From contig JBHHUM010000004.1 in NCBI GenBank assembly GCA_046861645.1, positions 1 to 58,063 on the forward strand: 58,063 nt of DNA. The letters are read 5' to 3'. Both the position numbers and the translations under genes were made by a program. The first letter of the stretch is position 1. The number at the start of each line of letters is the position of its first letter. Origin of the DNA: Fidelibacterota bacterium (GTDB taxonomy: Bacteria > Fidelibacterota > Marinisomatia > Marinisomatales > UBA2128). The notes beneath the pieces are model-generated. The model worked only from the letters and a program-made list of their open reading frames with translations, searched no databases and had not been told where the DNA came from. Of this stretch, positions 28,530-37,762 are shown one piece after another.

Positions 28530-30482
28530 ATGTCTAAAATCATGTGGCAAGCGACAACTGATCAGGTGCAGCAGACTCAGATGGATCAGTTCCGGAAGCG
28601 CATTAACGAAAACTATGAATTGCAGTTAGAAAGCTACAATCAACTGCACGATTGGTCGATTAACCATATCCCCGAATTCTGGGCGGAGATATGGACTTGG
28701 AGTGGAGTCATTTATTCGGAGCCGTACCGGGATGTTGTGGATAATCTGACCAAAATGCCGGGAGCCAAGTGGTTTTCAGGAGCACGTCTAAATTTTGCTG
28801 AGAATTTGCTTCGCTATCGTGACGAGCAACCGGCGTTAATATTTCAGGGAGAAGATCAACCGCTGCTCACCCTCACTTATGAGGAGCTTTATAATGCTGT
28901 GACCAGAATGGCTAGTGCCCTTCGCCGAGAGGGTGTAGGAGTTGGTGACCGGGTAGCAGGTTTCATACCTAATATGCCTGAAGCTGTCATTGCCATGTTG
29001 GCCACTGCCGCCATCGGGGCAATTTGGAGCTCATCTTCTCCCGATTTTGGAATTAGAGGTGTGCTGGATCGCTTTACCCAGATCAAGCCCAAAGTACTTT
29101 TTTCTGCTGACGGTTATTTTTACAATGGCAAAGTCTTCAGTTCCCTGGAAAAACTGCAAGGCATCCTTCATGAACTCCCCAGCGTAGAACACGTGGTTGT
29201 GGTTCCTTATACGGCAGAGTCTGTTGATTTGTCAGCCATAAGCAACAGTATCCTTTATCAGGATTTTCTCGATGTTGGAGAAGATTCGGTGTTGGAGTTT
29301 GTCCAACTTCCCTTTGATCACCCTTTATATATCATGTATTCATCTGGCACTACAGGTCTCCCAAAATCCATTGTTCACAGTGCCGGAGGAACACTCATCC
29401 AGCATTTAAAGGAGTTGCGTCTACATACTGATCTTCGACGAGGAGACACAATATTTTACTTCACCACCTGTGGCTGGATGATGTGGAACTGGTTGGTGAG
29501 TTCTCTGGCTGTCGGAGCAACGGTAGTTCTTTACGACGGTTCACCGTTTTATCCCGATCAAAGTGCCATGTGGCAAATGGCTCAGGATTTGAGGATCTCT
29601 GTTTTTGGTACCAGTGCCAAGTTCATAGCTGCCTGCCAGGAAGCAGGGCTGGCCCCAGGAAAGAATTTCGACCTCAGCAGTTTAAGAGCTATCCTTTCTA
29701 CTGGCTCACCATTAGTGGAGGAGAATTTTGATTATGTTTACACTAAGATAAAGAGAGAGGTTCTCTTGGCGTCCATTTCAGGGGGGACGGATATTATTTC
29801 CTGTTTTTCGTTAGGCAACCCCACTTTACCGGTCTATCGAGGTGAACTCCAGTGTCGGGGGCTGGGAATGAACGTCCTGGCTTACGATGATAATGCACAC
29901 AGCATCGTCGCTGAGAAAGGTGAATTGGTCTGTGCCTCGCCTTTTCCCTCTATGCCCATTGCCTTCTGGAATGATCCTGATGGAGAGAAATACCGCCGAG
30001 CCTATTTTGCCGATTTCCCTGGGGTATGGACGCACGGGGACTATATAAGGATAAATGAGCACGGCGGTGTGAAGATATTTGGTAGGAGTGATGCTACTCT
30101 AAATCCTGGGGGTGTTCGGATAGGGACAGCGGAGATTTACCGTGTAGTGGAGGCTCTTCCAGAAGTGGCGGACAGTCTCGTGGTGGGACAGAAATGGGCA
30201 GAAGATGAAAGGGTCATTCTATTTGTAAAGATGAGTGCAGGGTATTCTTTGACGAAGGAGATTGTTACCCGTATCCGGCAGATTATCCGCTCAGAATGTT
30301 CACCCCGACATGTCCCCGCCAAGGTGCTGCCTACAGAGGACGTTCCCTATACCATCAATGGTAAGAAGGTGGAAATAGCTGTCAAGAAAATCATTCATGG
30401 TGAGGAGGTACTAAACCGGGATGCCCTGGCTAATCCTGAGTCTCTCGAGCTGTATAAACACATACCGGAGCTGGAAGAATGA
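28530..30482 (+). CDS. aacS: Acetoacetate--CoA ligase
   Basis: YIMYSSGTTGLPK, YFTTCGWMMWNW, SISGGTDI, GRSDATLNPGGVRIG, PRHVP. Confidence 0.92.
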   Translation: MSKIMWQATTDQVQQTQMDQFRKRINENYELQLESYNQLHDWSINHIPEFWAEIWTWSGVIYSEPYRDVVDNLTKMPGAKWFSGARLNFAENLLRYRDEQPALIFQGEDQPLLTLTYEELYNAVTRMASALRREGVGVGDRVAGFIPNMPEAVIAMLATAAIGAIWSSSSPDFGIRGVLDRFTQIKPKVLFSADGYFYNGKVFSSLEKLQGILHELPSVEHVVVVPYTAESVDLSAISNSILYQDFLDVGEDSVLEFVQLPFDHPLYIMYSSGTTGLPKSIVHSAGGTLIQHLKELRLHTDLRRGDTIFYFTTCGWMMWNWLVSSLAVGATVVLYDGSPFYPDQSAMWQMAQDLRISVFGTSAKFIAACQEAGLAPGKNFDLSSLRAILSTGSPLVEENFDYVYTKIKREVLLASISGGTDIISCFSLGNPTLPVYRGELQCRGLGMNVLAYDDNAHSIVAEKGELVCASPFPSMPIAFWNDPDGEKYRRAYFADFPGVWTHGDYIRINEHGGVKIFGRSDATLNPGGVRIGTAEIYRVVEALPEVADSLVVGQKWAEDERVILFVKMSAGYSLTKEIVTRIRQIIRSECSPRHVPAKVLPTEDVPYTINGKKVEIAVKKIIHGEEVLNRDALANPESLELYKHIPELEE

Positions 30483-30928
30483 ATCGTGAGGTCATTGGAA
30501 AAACCTATCCCCCGGTGTCCTACGAAGTGTGTCGGGAAAAGATTCGGGAATATGCCCGTGCCACTCTGCAGAAAAATCCGCTGTACACTAACCCGGAATT
30601 TGCTCGTAGCTCTTCCTATGGTAACATTGTAGCTCCTCCTATGTTTGCTGCGGTTTATTGTGGGGAAATCTTTAACCAGGTCTTCTTTGATAAAGAGCTG
30701 GGAATCCATCTGCCGCATATAGTTCATGGGGAGCAGGAGTTTGTATTTGTTGAAGTTGTCCGCTCGGGAGATGTAATCACCTCGGTGGCACAAGTGGTGG
30801 ATGTCTTTTCCCGGGAGAGCAGTACGGGCGGTGTAAATGAGTTTTGTGTCGTAAAGACTGAGTCGAGGAATCAGAATGGGGAGCTGGTTTCTACGGGAAA
30901 ATGGACTGTAGTAGAGAGAGGAATTTAG
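30479..30928 (+). CDS. MaoC-like dehydratase, N-terminal half (HadA-like)
   Basis: KIREYARA...NPLY, APPMF, IVHGEQEF, NQNGELV. Confidence 0.8.
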   Translation: MNREVIGKTYPPVSYEVCREKIREYARATLQKNPLYTNPEFARSSSYGNIVAPPMFAAVYCGEIFNQVFFDKELGIHLPHIVHGEQEFVFVEVVRSGDVITSVAQVVDVFSRESSTGGVNEFCVVKTESRNQNGELVSTGKWTVVERGI

Positions 30929-30930
30929 AA

Positions 30931-31284
30931 ATGCGCGCAGTCAAAGAGCGGTTTATAACTATTGATAAGTATTTACCTCTGTACTATGCAGGCGCCAGTG
31001 GAGATTTTAATCTGATCCACATCGATCCAGAGTTTGCCCGAGGACAGGGTTTGGAAAGCAATATTTTGCAGGGACTATGCACTTTAGGTATTGCCACAGG
31101 ACTTCTGATTGGTGATCGTGATCCTGCTATCCTCAAATCCATCAAGGTACGGTTTGCCAATCCAGTTCTTCCGGGAGATAGACTTACGTTTACTATAGAA
31201 GAAACTGCAGGTGAAGTTCAATTTACCGCCGTAAATCAAGGCGGTGTAGTGGTTCTGGAAAACTGTTCAGCAGAACTGCACTGA
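30931..31284 (+). CDS. MaoC-family dehydratase, catalytic half (HadB-like)
   Basis: YAGASGDFNLIH.D..FA hydratase-2 motif; VRFANPV.PGD. Confidence 0.8.
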   Translation: MRAVKERFITIDKYLPLYYAGASGDFNLIHIDPEFARGQGLESNILQGLCTLGIATGLLIGDRDPAILKSIKVRFANPVLPGDRLTFTIEETAGEVQFTAVNQGGVVVLENCSAELH

Positions 31285-31291
31285 CGCCGCC

Positions 31292-32161
31292 ATGTCGGCT
31301 CAAATTCTCGTATATGGTATCACATTAGGGTGCGTGTATGCTCTCGTAGCGCTGGGGCTGGTACTGATCTACCGGGCAACAGAACTGGTCAACTTTGCCC
31401 AGGGCGAGATGATGATGTTAGCAGCTTATGTCTTCTTTACTTTTAATTCTGCCGACGTGGGATTATTGGGGTCAGTGTTAGGCTCTTTACTGTTTGCTAC
31501 AGTCTTGGGTATTCTGATGAATTTCATTATCAGTCGTCCTCTTATTGGCAAGCCTGTCTTTGCGCAGATCCTGGCCACTATTGCCCTGTCGATCGTATTA
31601 CGGAGCCTGACCGGGGTCATCTGGACTCACGAGGATCAGTTTATGCATCCACCACCCGTTAGCATGGTACCGTTGAGATTAAGTTTTCTGCAGGTATCAC
31701 CTTACCAACTGGTAATAGTAGGGGTGTCTATATTCCTGGTTGTGTTACTGTATCTTTTTCTAAACCTTACTCGCTTTGGGACGGCTATTAAAGCCACCTC
31801 CGAAAGTCCCGTAGCTGCTCAACTTATGGGAATTCCCATCAAGCGTATTTACGTTGTAGTATGGATACTTTCCAGCGTGACCAGTGCCGTGGCCGGGATC
31901 CTCATCGTTCCGCAGTTTGGTTTACAGCCCATGTTGGGATCTCGCCTGCTGATGATGGCGCTTCCAGCTGCTGTGTTGGGAGGTTTCGGCAAGCTGGAAG
32001 GCGCCATTGCAGGAGGGTTAATACTGGGAATTCTGGAAAGCATGGCTACAGTTTATCTATCAACGAGTGTTTACGACATCTTCCCCTGGCTTATTCTTAT
32101 TCTAATGCTACTGATTCGACCCGATGGCTTGTTGGGTACACCGGAAAGGAAGAGGGTATGA
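31292..32161 (+). CDS. livH: Branched-chain-amino-acid-type ABC permease (LivH family)
   Basis: YALVALGLVLIY....VNFAQGE, TRFG.AI.A, AAVLGG.G, RPDGLLG. Confidence 0.88.
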   Translation: MSAQILVYGITLGCVYALVALGLVLIYRATELVNFAQGEMMMLAAYVFFTFNSADVGLLGSVLGSLLFATVLGILMNFIISRPLIGKPVFAQILATIALSIVLRSLTGVIWTHEDQFMHPPPVSMVPLRLSFLQVSPYQLVIVGVSIFLVVLLYLFLNLTRFGTAIKATSESPVAAQLMGIPIKRIYVVVWILSSVTSAVAGILIVPQFGLQPMLGSRLLMMALPAAVLGGFGKLEGAIAGGLILGILESMATVYLSTSVYDIFPWLILILMLLIRPDGLLGTPERKRV

Positions 32162-33174
32162 AAGATCGTTATGCGGACGAGAGGATTTGGTGGATACCTC
32201 TGGTCATTGGTATAACCCTCCTTCTTCCTAAGGGGTTAGACAGTTATTTCACTTATGTATTTAACCTGGCTGGTATTGCAATAATTGTGGCTGTTGGCCT
32301 GGACCTGTTGTCAGGATATACGGGGCTGATTTCCTTGGGACATGCAGCCTTTATGGCTGTAGGAGCTTATACTTCCGCCGTTTTGATGGTGCACTTCGGT
32401 TGGCCTTTTATTTTGTCAGTACCTGCGGCGGGACTGGTAGCCTTGCTGGCGGGTGTCGCACTGGGATTTCCTGCCCTCCGCATCTCTGGATTATATCTTG
32501 CCATTGTGACCATGGGTTTTGGTGTTGTTGTACACAGGATCATAATTGAACTTCAGGTATGGACGGGTGGTTCTGACGGAATGCCCGTACCAGCGGCGGA
32601 GATTCTGGGTGCAGAAATAACATCTGATCGCTCCCTCTACTATCTTATCTATGCAAACGCCATTATTTTAATCATGGTCGCTAAAAAGTTAATGGCTACC
32701 AAAATAGGTCGGGCTTTGGTAGCCATCAGGGATAGTGAAGAAGCGGCTCAGACCGCAGGTATACATCTGGCAAGATATAAGGTTTTAATATTTGCAGTAA
32801 GTGCATTTTATGCCGGGATCGGCGGAGCTCTATATGCCCACACCATCCGGTTCATAACCACGGACTACTTTAGTATTCTTCTTTCCATTCAATTTTTGGT
32901 TATGGTCATTGTTGGTGGCATTGGTTCGATCTATGGTGCTGTATTAGGAGCCCTATTCATTACTTTTTTACCAGAACTTATTCGTGTCATAAAAGACTTT
33001 CTGCCTCCTGGAATAGCTCAATTCAATGATCTGCAGGCAATCTCTTTCGGTTTAGTCATGCTTTTCTTTATTTTGTTTGAACCATTGGGGCTCTACCGGA
33101 GATGGCTGAAAATCAAAGTATATTGGAGATTATTCCCCTTTAATCCCAAACAACGTGGTAAAACGAATTATTGA
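32158..33174 (+). CDS. livM: Branched-chain-amino-acid-type ABC permease (LivM family)
   Basis: GYTGLISLGHAAF, YLAIVT.GF, GRAL.AIRDSE.AA, GGIGSIYG. ATG 32158 overlaps the livH stop. Confidence 0.88.
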   Translation: MKDRYADERIWWIPLVIGITLLLPKGLDSYFTYVFNLAGIAIIVAVGLDLLSGYTGLISLGHAAFMAVGAYTSAVLMVHFGWPFILSVPAAGLVALLAGVALGFPALRISGLYLAIVTMGFGVVVHRIIIELQVWTGGSDGMPVPAAEILGAEITSDRSLYYLIYANAIILIMVAKKLMATKIGRALVAIRDSEEAAQTAGIHLARYKVLIFAVSAFYAGIGGALYAHTIRFITTDYFSILLSIQFLVMVIVGGIGSIYGAVLGALFITFLPELIRVIKDFLPPGIAQFNDLQAISFGLVMLFFILFEPLGLYRRWLKIKVYWRLFPFNPKQRGKTNY

Positions 33175-33199
33175 CAGTATGGATAACTTTAACTACAAT
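33171..33199 (+). promoter_or_regulatory. Internal sigma70 promoter ahead of the substrate-binding gene
   Basis: TTGACA-N17-TACAAT, starting in the livM stop region and extending into the only large gap of the operon. Confidence 0.65.
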
Positions 33200-33252
33200 T
33201 AGAGAAGCTTAAGTGAGTTAGTGGTACGAGTGAGAAACAGGAGGGTACGAAC

Positions 33253-34425
33253 ATGAAAAAAGTAACTTGGATCGTGGTTGTTCTTTGGGTCATAGTAGAA
33301 GTTGCTATGGGCAGTGAGCCAGAGATGAGCCCCGGTGTGACGGATGACGAAATCCTGATTGGTAACATCCAGGATTTGAGTGGTCCCATGGCCTATCTTG
33401 GTAGTGAAATTAAGCATGGTGCCGAACTGTATTTCCGCCATGTAAATGAGTCCGGTGGGGTCTATGGTCGTAAGATTAGAATGATCACAGAAGATCACCA
33501 GTACAATCCAGCTATGAGTCTGGCAGCGGCCAAGAAACTTCTTGACCGGGATGGTGTTTTTTGCCTGTTCAATGTGATAGGTACGGCCACCGCATCAGCC
33601 CTTTTCAATCTGGTGGAGGAACAGGGTGTACCATTTATCGCTCCAGCTACCAATTCCAGCACCATGTCAAATCCCCCGAAGAAGTATGTCTTTGCCACCG
33701 ATACTCCCTATGATGCCCAGGGTAGAATCCTGTGTAACTATCTGGCACAGCGAGGTGACGAAAACCTCAAGGTTGGGATTATTTATCAGGATGATGATTT
33801 CGGCAAGGATTGCCTGAAGGGTGTACAGGAAGGTGCGGCGGCACATGGCTGGGAATTTGTTGGTGCAGAGCCATTCCAGCGGGGTAGTGCCCCGACTTTT
33901 GGACCCCATTTGACCAGTTTGAGGAACAAAAGTGCCACACATATCTTTCTCGGACTTGTCCTCGAAACCGTGCATGTGTTGAGAACCGCCGAGGCATTGG
34001 GATACACACCTCAGTTTCTTGGCTTTGCACCAGCGTCTGACCCCCGCATCGCCCAGAAAGCGGGTACTGCTGCTGAGGGATTCATCAGCAACATCTACAT
34101 GGTACCACCTCAGCATCCTGATCATCCTGCAGCTGTGCTATACCGTGAATTACTACAGAAGTATGATCCTGAGCACCAGATAGGTTTCTATAATTTCTAT
34201 GGCTTTGCGGCTGCCCAGGTATTGGTGGAGGGTCTACAGCTATCCGGTCCTGATTTAACGAGGGAAGGTCTCGTAGCAGGAATGGAGAAGATGAAGGACT
34301 TCCAGGGCAGTCCTCACCCGGCGATCACCTATGGGCCGGGAGACCGAGCCGGGGGCTCTAAAACCATTGTTCTACAGGTTAAAGAAGGTGTTCCTACCCC
34401 AGTCACAGGGTTTTTAGGGGAATAA
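33253..34425 (+). CDS. ABC substrate-binding protein (LivJ/K-like, periplasmic binding protein class 6)
   Basis: PGVTDDEILIG...DLSGP, VNE.GGVYGRKI...ED.QY.P, IYQDDDFG. Confidence 0.85.
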   Translation: MKKVTWIVVVLWVIVEVAMGSEPEMSPGVTDDEILIGNIQDLSGPMAYLGSEIKHGAELYFRHVNESGGVYGRKIRMITEDHQYNPAMSLAAAKKLLDRDGVFCLFNVIGTATASALFNLVEEQGVPFIAPATNSSTMSNPPKKYVFATDTPYDAQGRILCNYLAQRGDENLKVGIIYQDDDFGKDCLKGVQEGAAAHGWEFVGAEPFQRGSAPTFGPHLTSLRNKSATHIFLGLVLETVHVLRTAEALGYTPQFLGFAPASDPRIAQKAGTAAEGFISNIYMVPPQHPDHPAAVLYRELLQKYDPEHQIGFYNFYGFAAAQVLVEGLQLSGPDLTREGLVAGMEKMKDFQGSPHPAITYGPGDRAGGSKTIVLQVKEGVPTPVTGFLGE

Positions 34426-34467
34426 ACTCTATCCGGTTTAGCTGGAGAGGGAGGCGTCATTTCGGTA

Positions 34468-35235
34468 TTGTTTTCAGCGCAGGATATCTACGTTCATTTT
34501 GAGGGACTCGTCGCTCTGAATGATTTTTCCCTATCTGTGGACAGGGGAGAGATTGTTGCCTTAATTGGCCCCAATGGCTCTGGTAAAACTACTTTTTTCA
34601 ACACCATCTCTCGTTTTGTATCTTCGGAACGGGGACTTATTACCTTTGGTGGACAGGACATCACCTATTTTTCCGCACACCAGGTGTCTGAACTTGGTAT
34701 TGCTCGAACTTTTCAGAATCTTGAGCTATTTCCCTATTTAACAGTTCTTGAGAATGTTCTGGTGGGTACTCATGGCAGAGTGTCCCTGGGACAGGCGATG
34801 AAGAATATGGTCTCCAGAGCCGAGCGTCAGCGACAGGAGTTCATGGCTCTGGAGATACTTGACTTTTTAGGCATTTCTGGATTCGAGCAGAGTAGTCCGG
34901 CTGGACTTCCCTTTGGTATACAAAAACTTGTGGAGTTAGCCCGCGCACTGGCTGTTAAGCCTATCTTTATCCTTCTGGATGAACCGGCAGCTGGGATGAA
35001 TGAGCAAGAGACTAGGGAGATCGGAAGAATCATTACTGACATCCGGGATGAATTGGGAATAACGGTATTGCTCGTGGAGCATGATATGAGTTTAGTCATG
35101 GATATCTCTGATCGTGTAGCGGTAATGAATTCTGGAGAACTTCTGGCTGAGGGTAAACCGGAAGAAGTAAAAACTGATCTACAGGTGTTAGAAGTATTTT
35201 TAGGTGCTGGATTTGAGAATCGGGATCATGCTTAA
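34468..35235 (+). CDS. livG: ABC ATPase (LivG family)
   Basis: GPNGSGKTT, GIARTFQN, LLDEPAAG, VEHDM. Confidence 0.9.
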   Translation: MFSAQDIYVHFEGLVALNDFSLSVDRGEIVALIGPNGSGKTTFFNTISRFVSSERGLITFGGQDITYFSAHQVSELGIARTFQNLELFPYLTVLENVLVGTHGRVSLGQAMKNMVSRAERQRQEFMALEILDFLGISGFEQSSPAGLPFGIQKLVELARALAVKPIFILLDEPAAGMNEQETREIGRIITDIRDELGITVLLVEHDMSLVMDISDRVAVMNSGELLAEGKPEEVKTDLQVLEVFLGAGFENRDHA

Positions 35236-35962
35236 GCTCAGGGGAGTAGAGACTTATTACGGTAAAATAAAAGTCCTACAGGGTATCAGCTTATCTATAC
35301 ATCAGGGGCAGTTCGTTACGGTTTTAGGTTCTAATGGAGCCGGTAAAACAACCCTTCTGCGAACCATTAGCGGTGTAGTTCAGGCGGAGTATGGAGAGAT
35401 TGTTTTCGAAAGCCAACGAATTGAGAAACTTGATCCGGAGGATATTGTCCGTCTGGGTGTGGTACATGTTCCACAGGGTCGCATGATTTTCAGTGAGTTG
35501 AAGGTGGTGGATAATCTACTGTTAGGTGGGTATACATTCACACAAGAGGGCAGTTTGGATGAAGTGTTCAATTATTTTCCCGTTCTGAAGCACAGGCTTA
35601 ATCAATATGCCGGTACCCTTTCCGGTGGAGAGCAACAGATTTTGGCGATTGGTCGGGCCATTATGGCGAGGCCTAAATTACTCTTACTGGATGAGCCGTC
35701 TTTAGGATTGGCGCCACAATTGGTGCAGGAGATTATGGAAATTTTAAAAAGATTACATAAGGGTGGTTTGACCATTCTACTTGTAGAGCAGAATATCCAT
35801 CATGCTCTTAAAATTGCAGATTATGCCTATGTAATGAGGAATGGAAAAATCTTCATGAGTGGAGAACCAGAAGTAATTCTGGAGGAAGAGCAGGTTCGGG
35901 AATCGTACTTGGGCCGGGGAAAAGGGAAGTACACCAGGCGGGCGAAAATATGGGGTCGTTAG
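35228..35962 (+). CDS. livF: ABC ATPase (LivF family)
   Basis: GSNGAGKTT, LSGGEQQ, LLLDEPSLGLAP, VEQN. Start ATG 35228. Confidence 0.9.
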   Translation: MLKLRGVETYYGKIKVLQGISLSIHQGQFVTVLGSNGAGKTTLLRTISGVVQAEYGEIVFESQRIEKLDPEDIVRLGVVHVPQGRMIFSELKVVDNLLLGGYTFTQEGSLDEVFNYFPVLKHRLNQYAGTLSGGEQQILAIGRAIMARPKLLLLDEPSLGLAPQLVQEIMEILKRLHKGGLTILLVEQNIHHALKIADYAYVMRNGKIFMSGEPEVILEEEQVRESYLGRGKGKYTRRAKIWGR

Positions 35963-37761
35963 TAGAGCAATCGCTCTCAGAAAAGGTACGGAGTGTGCCA
36001 GCTATGCTTACATGGTGGAGTCAAAATAAACCAGATAAAGAAGCACTTTATCACAAAGAAAGGGGGTGGTGGCAGCCGTTAACTTGGCGGGAATATCAGC
36101 ATCGTGTTGATTCTACTGCGGCGGGACTCCTGGCAACCGGGATTACCTCTGGTGATCGAGTAGCTATTCTGTCACTTACCAGGTTGGAATGGGTTTTAGC
36201 TGACCTGGCGATCATGAGTTGTGGAGCTATAACCGTACCAATCTATCCCACGAACACCTCAGCTCAGTGTGAGTATATCATCAGACATGCGGAGTGCTGT
36301 GCTATCTTCCTGGAAGATCAGGAACAGCTGGATAAGCTCCTCGAGGTGTGGGATCGTGTACCCCAAGTAAAGAAAGCCATTATTTTTGAGCGTTGTAAAA
36401 GTGACGATGACCGAATCATGTCATTCAAGGAGTTGGAGTTAGTTTCCGCAGACATAGCAAGCGTGGCAGCCGTCAGGGAAAAAATTAGAAGTAAAGATAT
36501 TGCAACAGTGGTGTACACTTCTGGAACCACTGGTCCGCCCAAAGGGGTGATTTTAAGTCATAGAAATATTGTGTTCATGGCACGTCAAATCGCCGCTTTT
36601 ATGAAGTTGACCCCAGACGATCTATCCGTGGCTTATCTTCCCATGGCGCATATCGCTGAACGCTTGGTGGGGGCCTTCATCAAACTTGCCAGTGGAGCCC
36701 GGACGGCTTTTGCAGAAAGTATGGATGATCTCTTATTCAACATGAAGGAGGTGGGGCCCACGTTTCATTTTGGAACTCCTCGCGTGTACGAGAAATTTCA
36801 TGCCAAGATTACCACAGCGATTGATGATGCCACTACCTTGCAGAAAGCTGTATTTCGTTGGGCGGAGCGATCCGGTGACAGGGATAAAAACTTACGCTTA
36901 GCTCATAAAACCAAGCCGTTAAGTCACCAACTGCTTCATGGACTCCTCGATTGGTTAGTTTTGCGCAAGGTGAGGAAGTTTATGGGAGGAAAGTTGAGAT
37001 TTTTAGTTTCCGGTGGTGCCCCCATAAGTCCAGAGATTCTCTCGTGGATGCAGAACATGGGACTGAACATTTTCGAGGTCTACGGATTAACGGAGTCAAC
37101 AGGTCTGATTGCTGTAAATCGAACCGATGATAATCGTCTGGGTTCTGTAGGAAAGGTGTTAGCAGAAACTGAGATGCGCATCGCTGCAGATGGGGAAATC
37201 CTGACCAGGGGGGAGCATGTCTGTCAGGGATACCTGGGAAATCCGGATGAAACTGCCGCCCTCATTAGTGCTGAGGGGTGGCTGCATTCCGGAGATATTG
37301 GGAGAGTAGATGAAGACGGCTACCTCTGGATTACCGATCGGAAAAAAGATCTAATCATCACCGCTGGTGGGAAAAATGTAGCCCCCCAGAATATTGAGAA
37401 TCTCATGAAAACGTCTCGGTATATCAGTCAATTTATGGTCTTTGGCGATCGTCGTAAATACCTGGTGGGATTACTGACCCTGGATGAGGATGAAATTACC
37501 AAGTTTGCCCGGGATAACGGTTTGATATATAGAGACCTCAGAGACCTTACTCAACAGAACGAAGTTAATCAACTCATTGGAAGAGAGATCACTCGGCTGA
37601 ATAAGCAGTTGGCATCATACGAAACCATAAAAAAATTCAAAATTCTGGAAGAGGAATTATCTCAAGATGATGAAGAAGTAACCCCGACTTTGAAAGTTAA
37701 GCGGGATGTAGTGCAGCATCGATACAATAATTACATTGAGGAACTCTATGCAAATGTCTGA
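35950..37761 (+). CDS. fadD: Long-chain-fatty-acid--CoA ligase (FadD15-like)
   Basis: YTSGTTGPPKGV, YLPMAHIAER, EVYGLTE, WLHSGDIG, ITDRKKDLIITAGGKNVAP, TPTLKVKR. Confidence 0.88.
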   Translation: MGSLVEQSLSEKVRSVPAMLTWWSQNKPDKEALYHKERGWWQPLTWREYQHRVDSTAAGLLATGITSGDRVAILSLTRLEWVLADLAIMSCGAITVPIYPTNTSAQCEYIIRHAECCAIFLEDQEQLDKLLEVWDRVPQVKKAIIFERCKSDDDRIMSFKELELVSADIASVAAVREKIRSKDIATVVYTSGTTGPPKGVILSHRNIVFMARQIAAFMKLTPDDLSVAYLPMAHIAERLVGAFIKLASGARTAFAESMDDLLFNMKEVGPTFHFGTPRVYEKFHAKITTAIDDATTLQKAVFRWAERSGDRDKNLRLAHKTKPLSHQLLHGLLDWLVLRKVRKFMGGKLRFLVSGGAPISPEILSWMQNMGLNIFEVYGLTESTGLIAVNRTDDNRLGSVGKVLAETEMRIAADGEILTRGEHVCQGYLGNPDETAALISAEGWLHSGDIGRVDEDGYLWITDRKKDLIITAGGKNVAPQNIENLMKTSRYISQFMVFGDRRKYLVGLLTLDEDEITKFARDNGLIYRDLRDLTQQNEVNQLIGREITRLNKQLASYETIKKFKILEEELSQDDEEVTPTLKVKRDVVQHRYNNYIEELYANV

Positions 37762-37762
37762 A

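Noticed and set aside
31861-32157. Long N-terminal extension of livM given in the ORF track
   Set aside because: It is an out-of-frame overlap with livH; ATG 32158 gives a normal coupled start.
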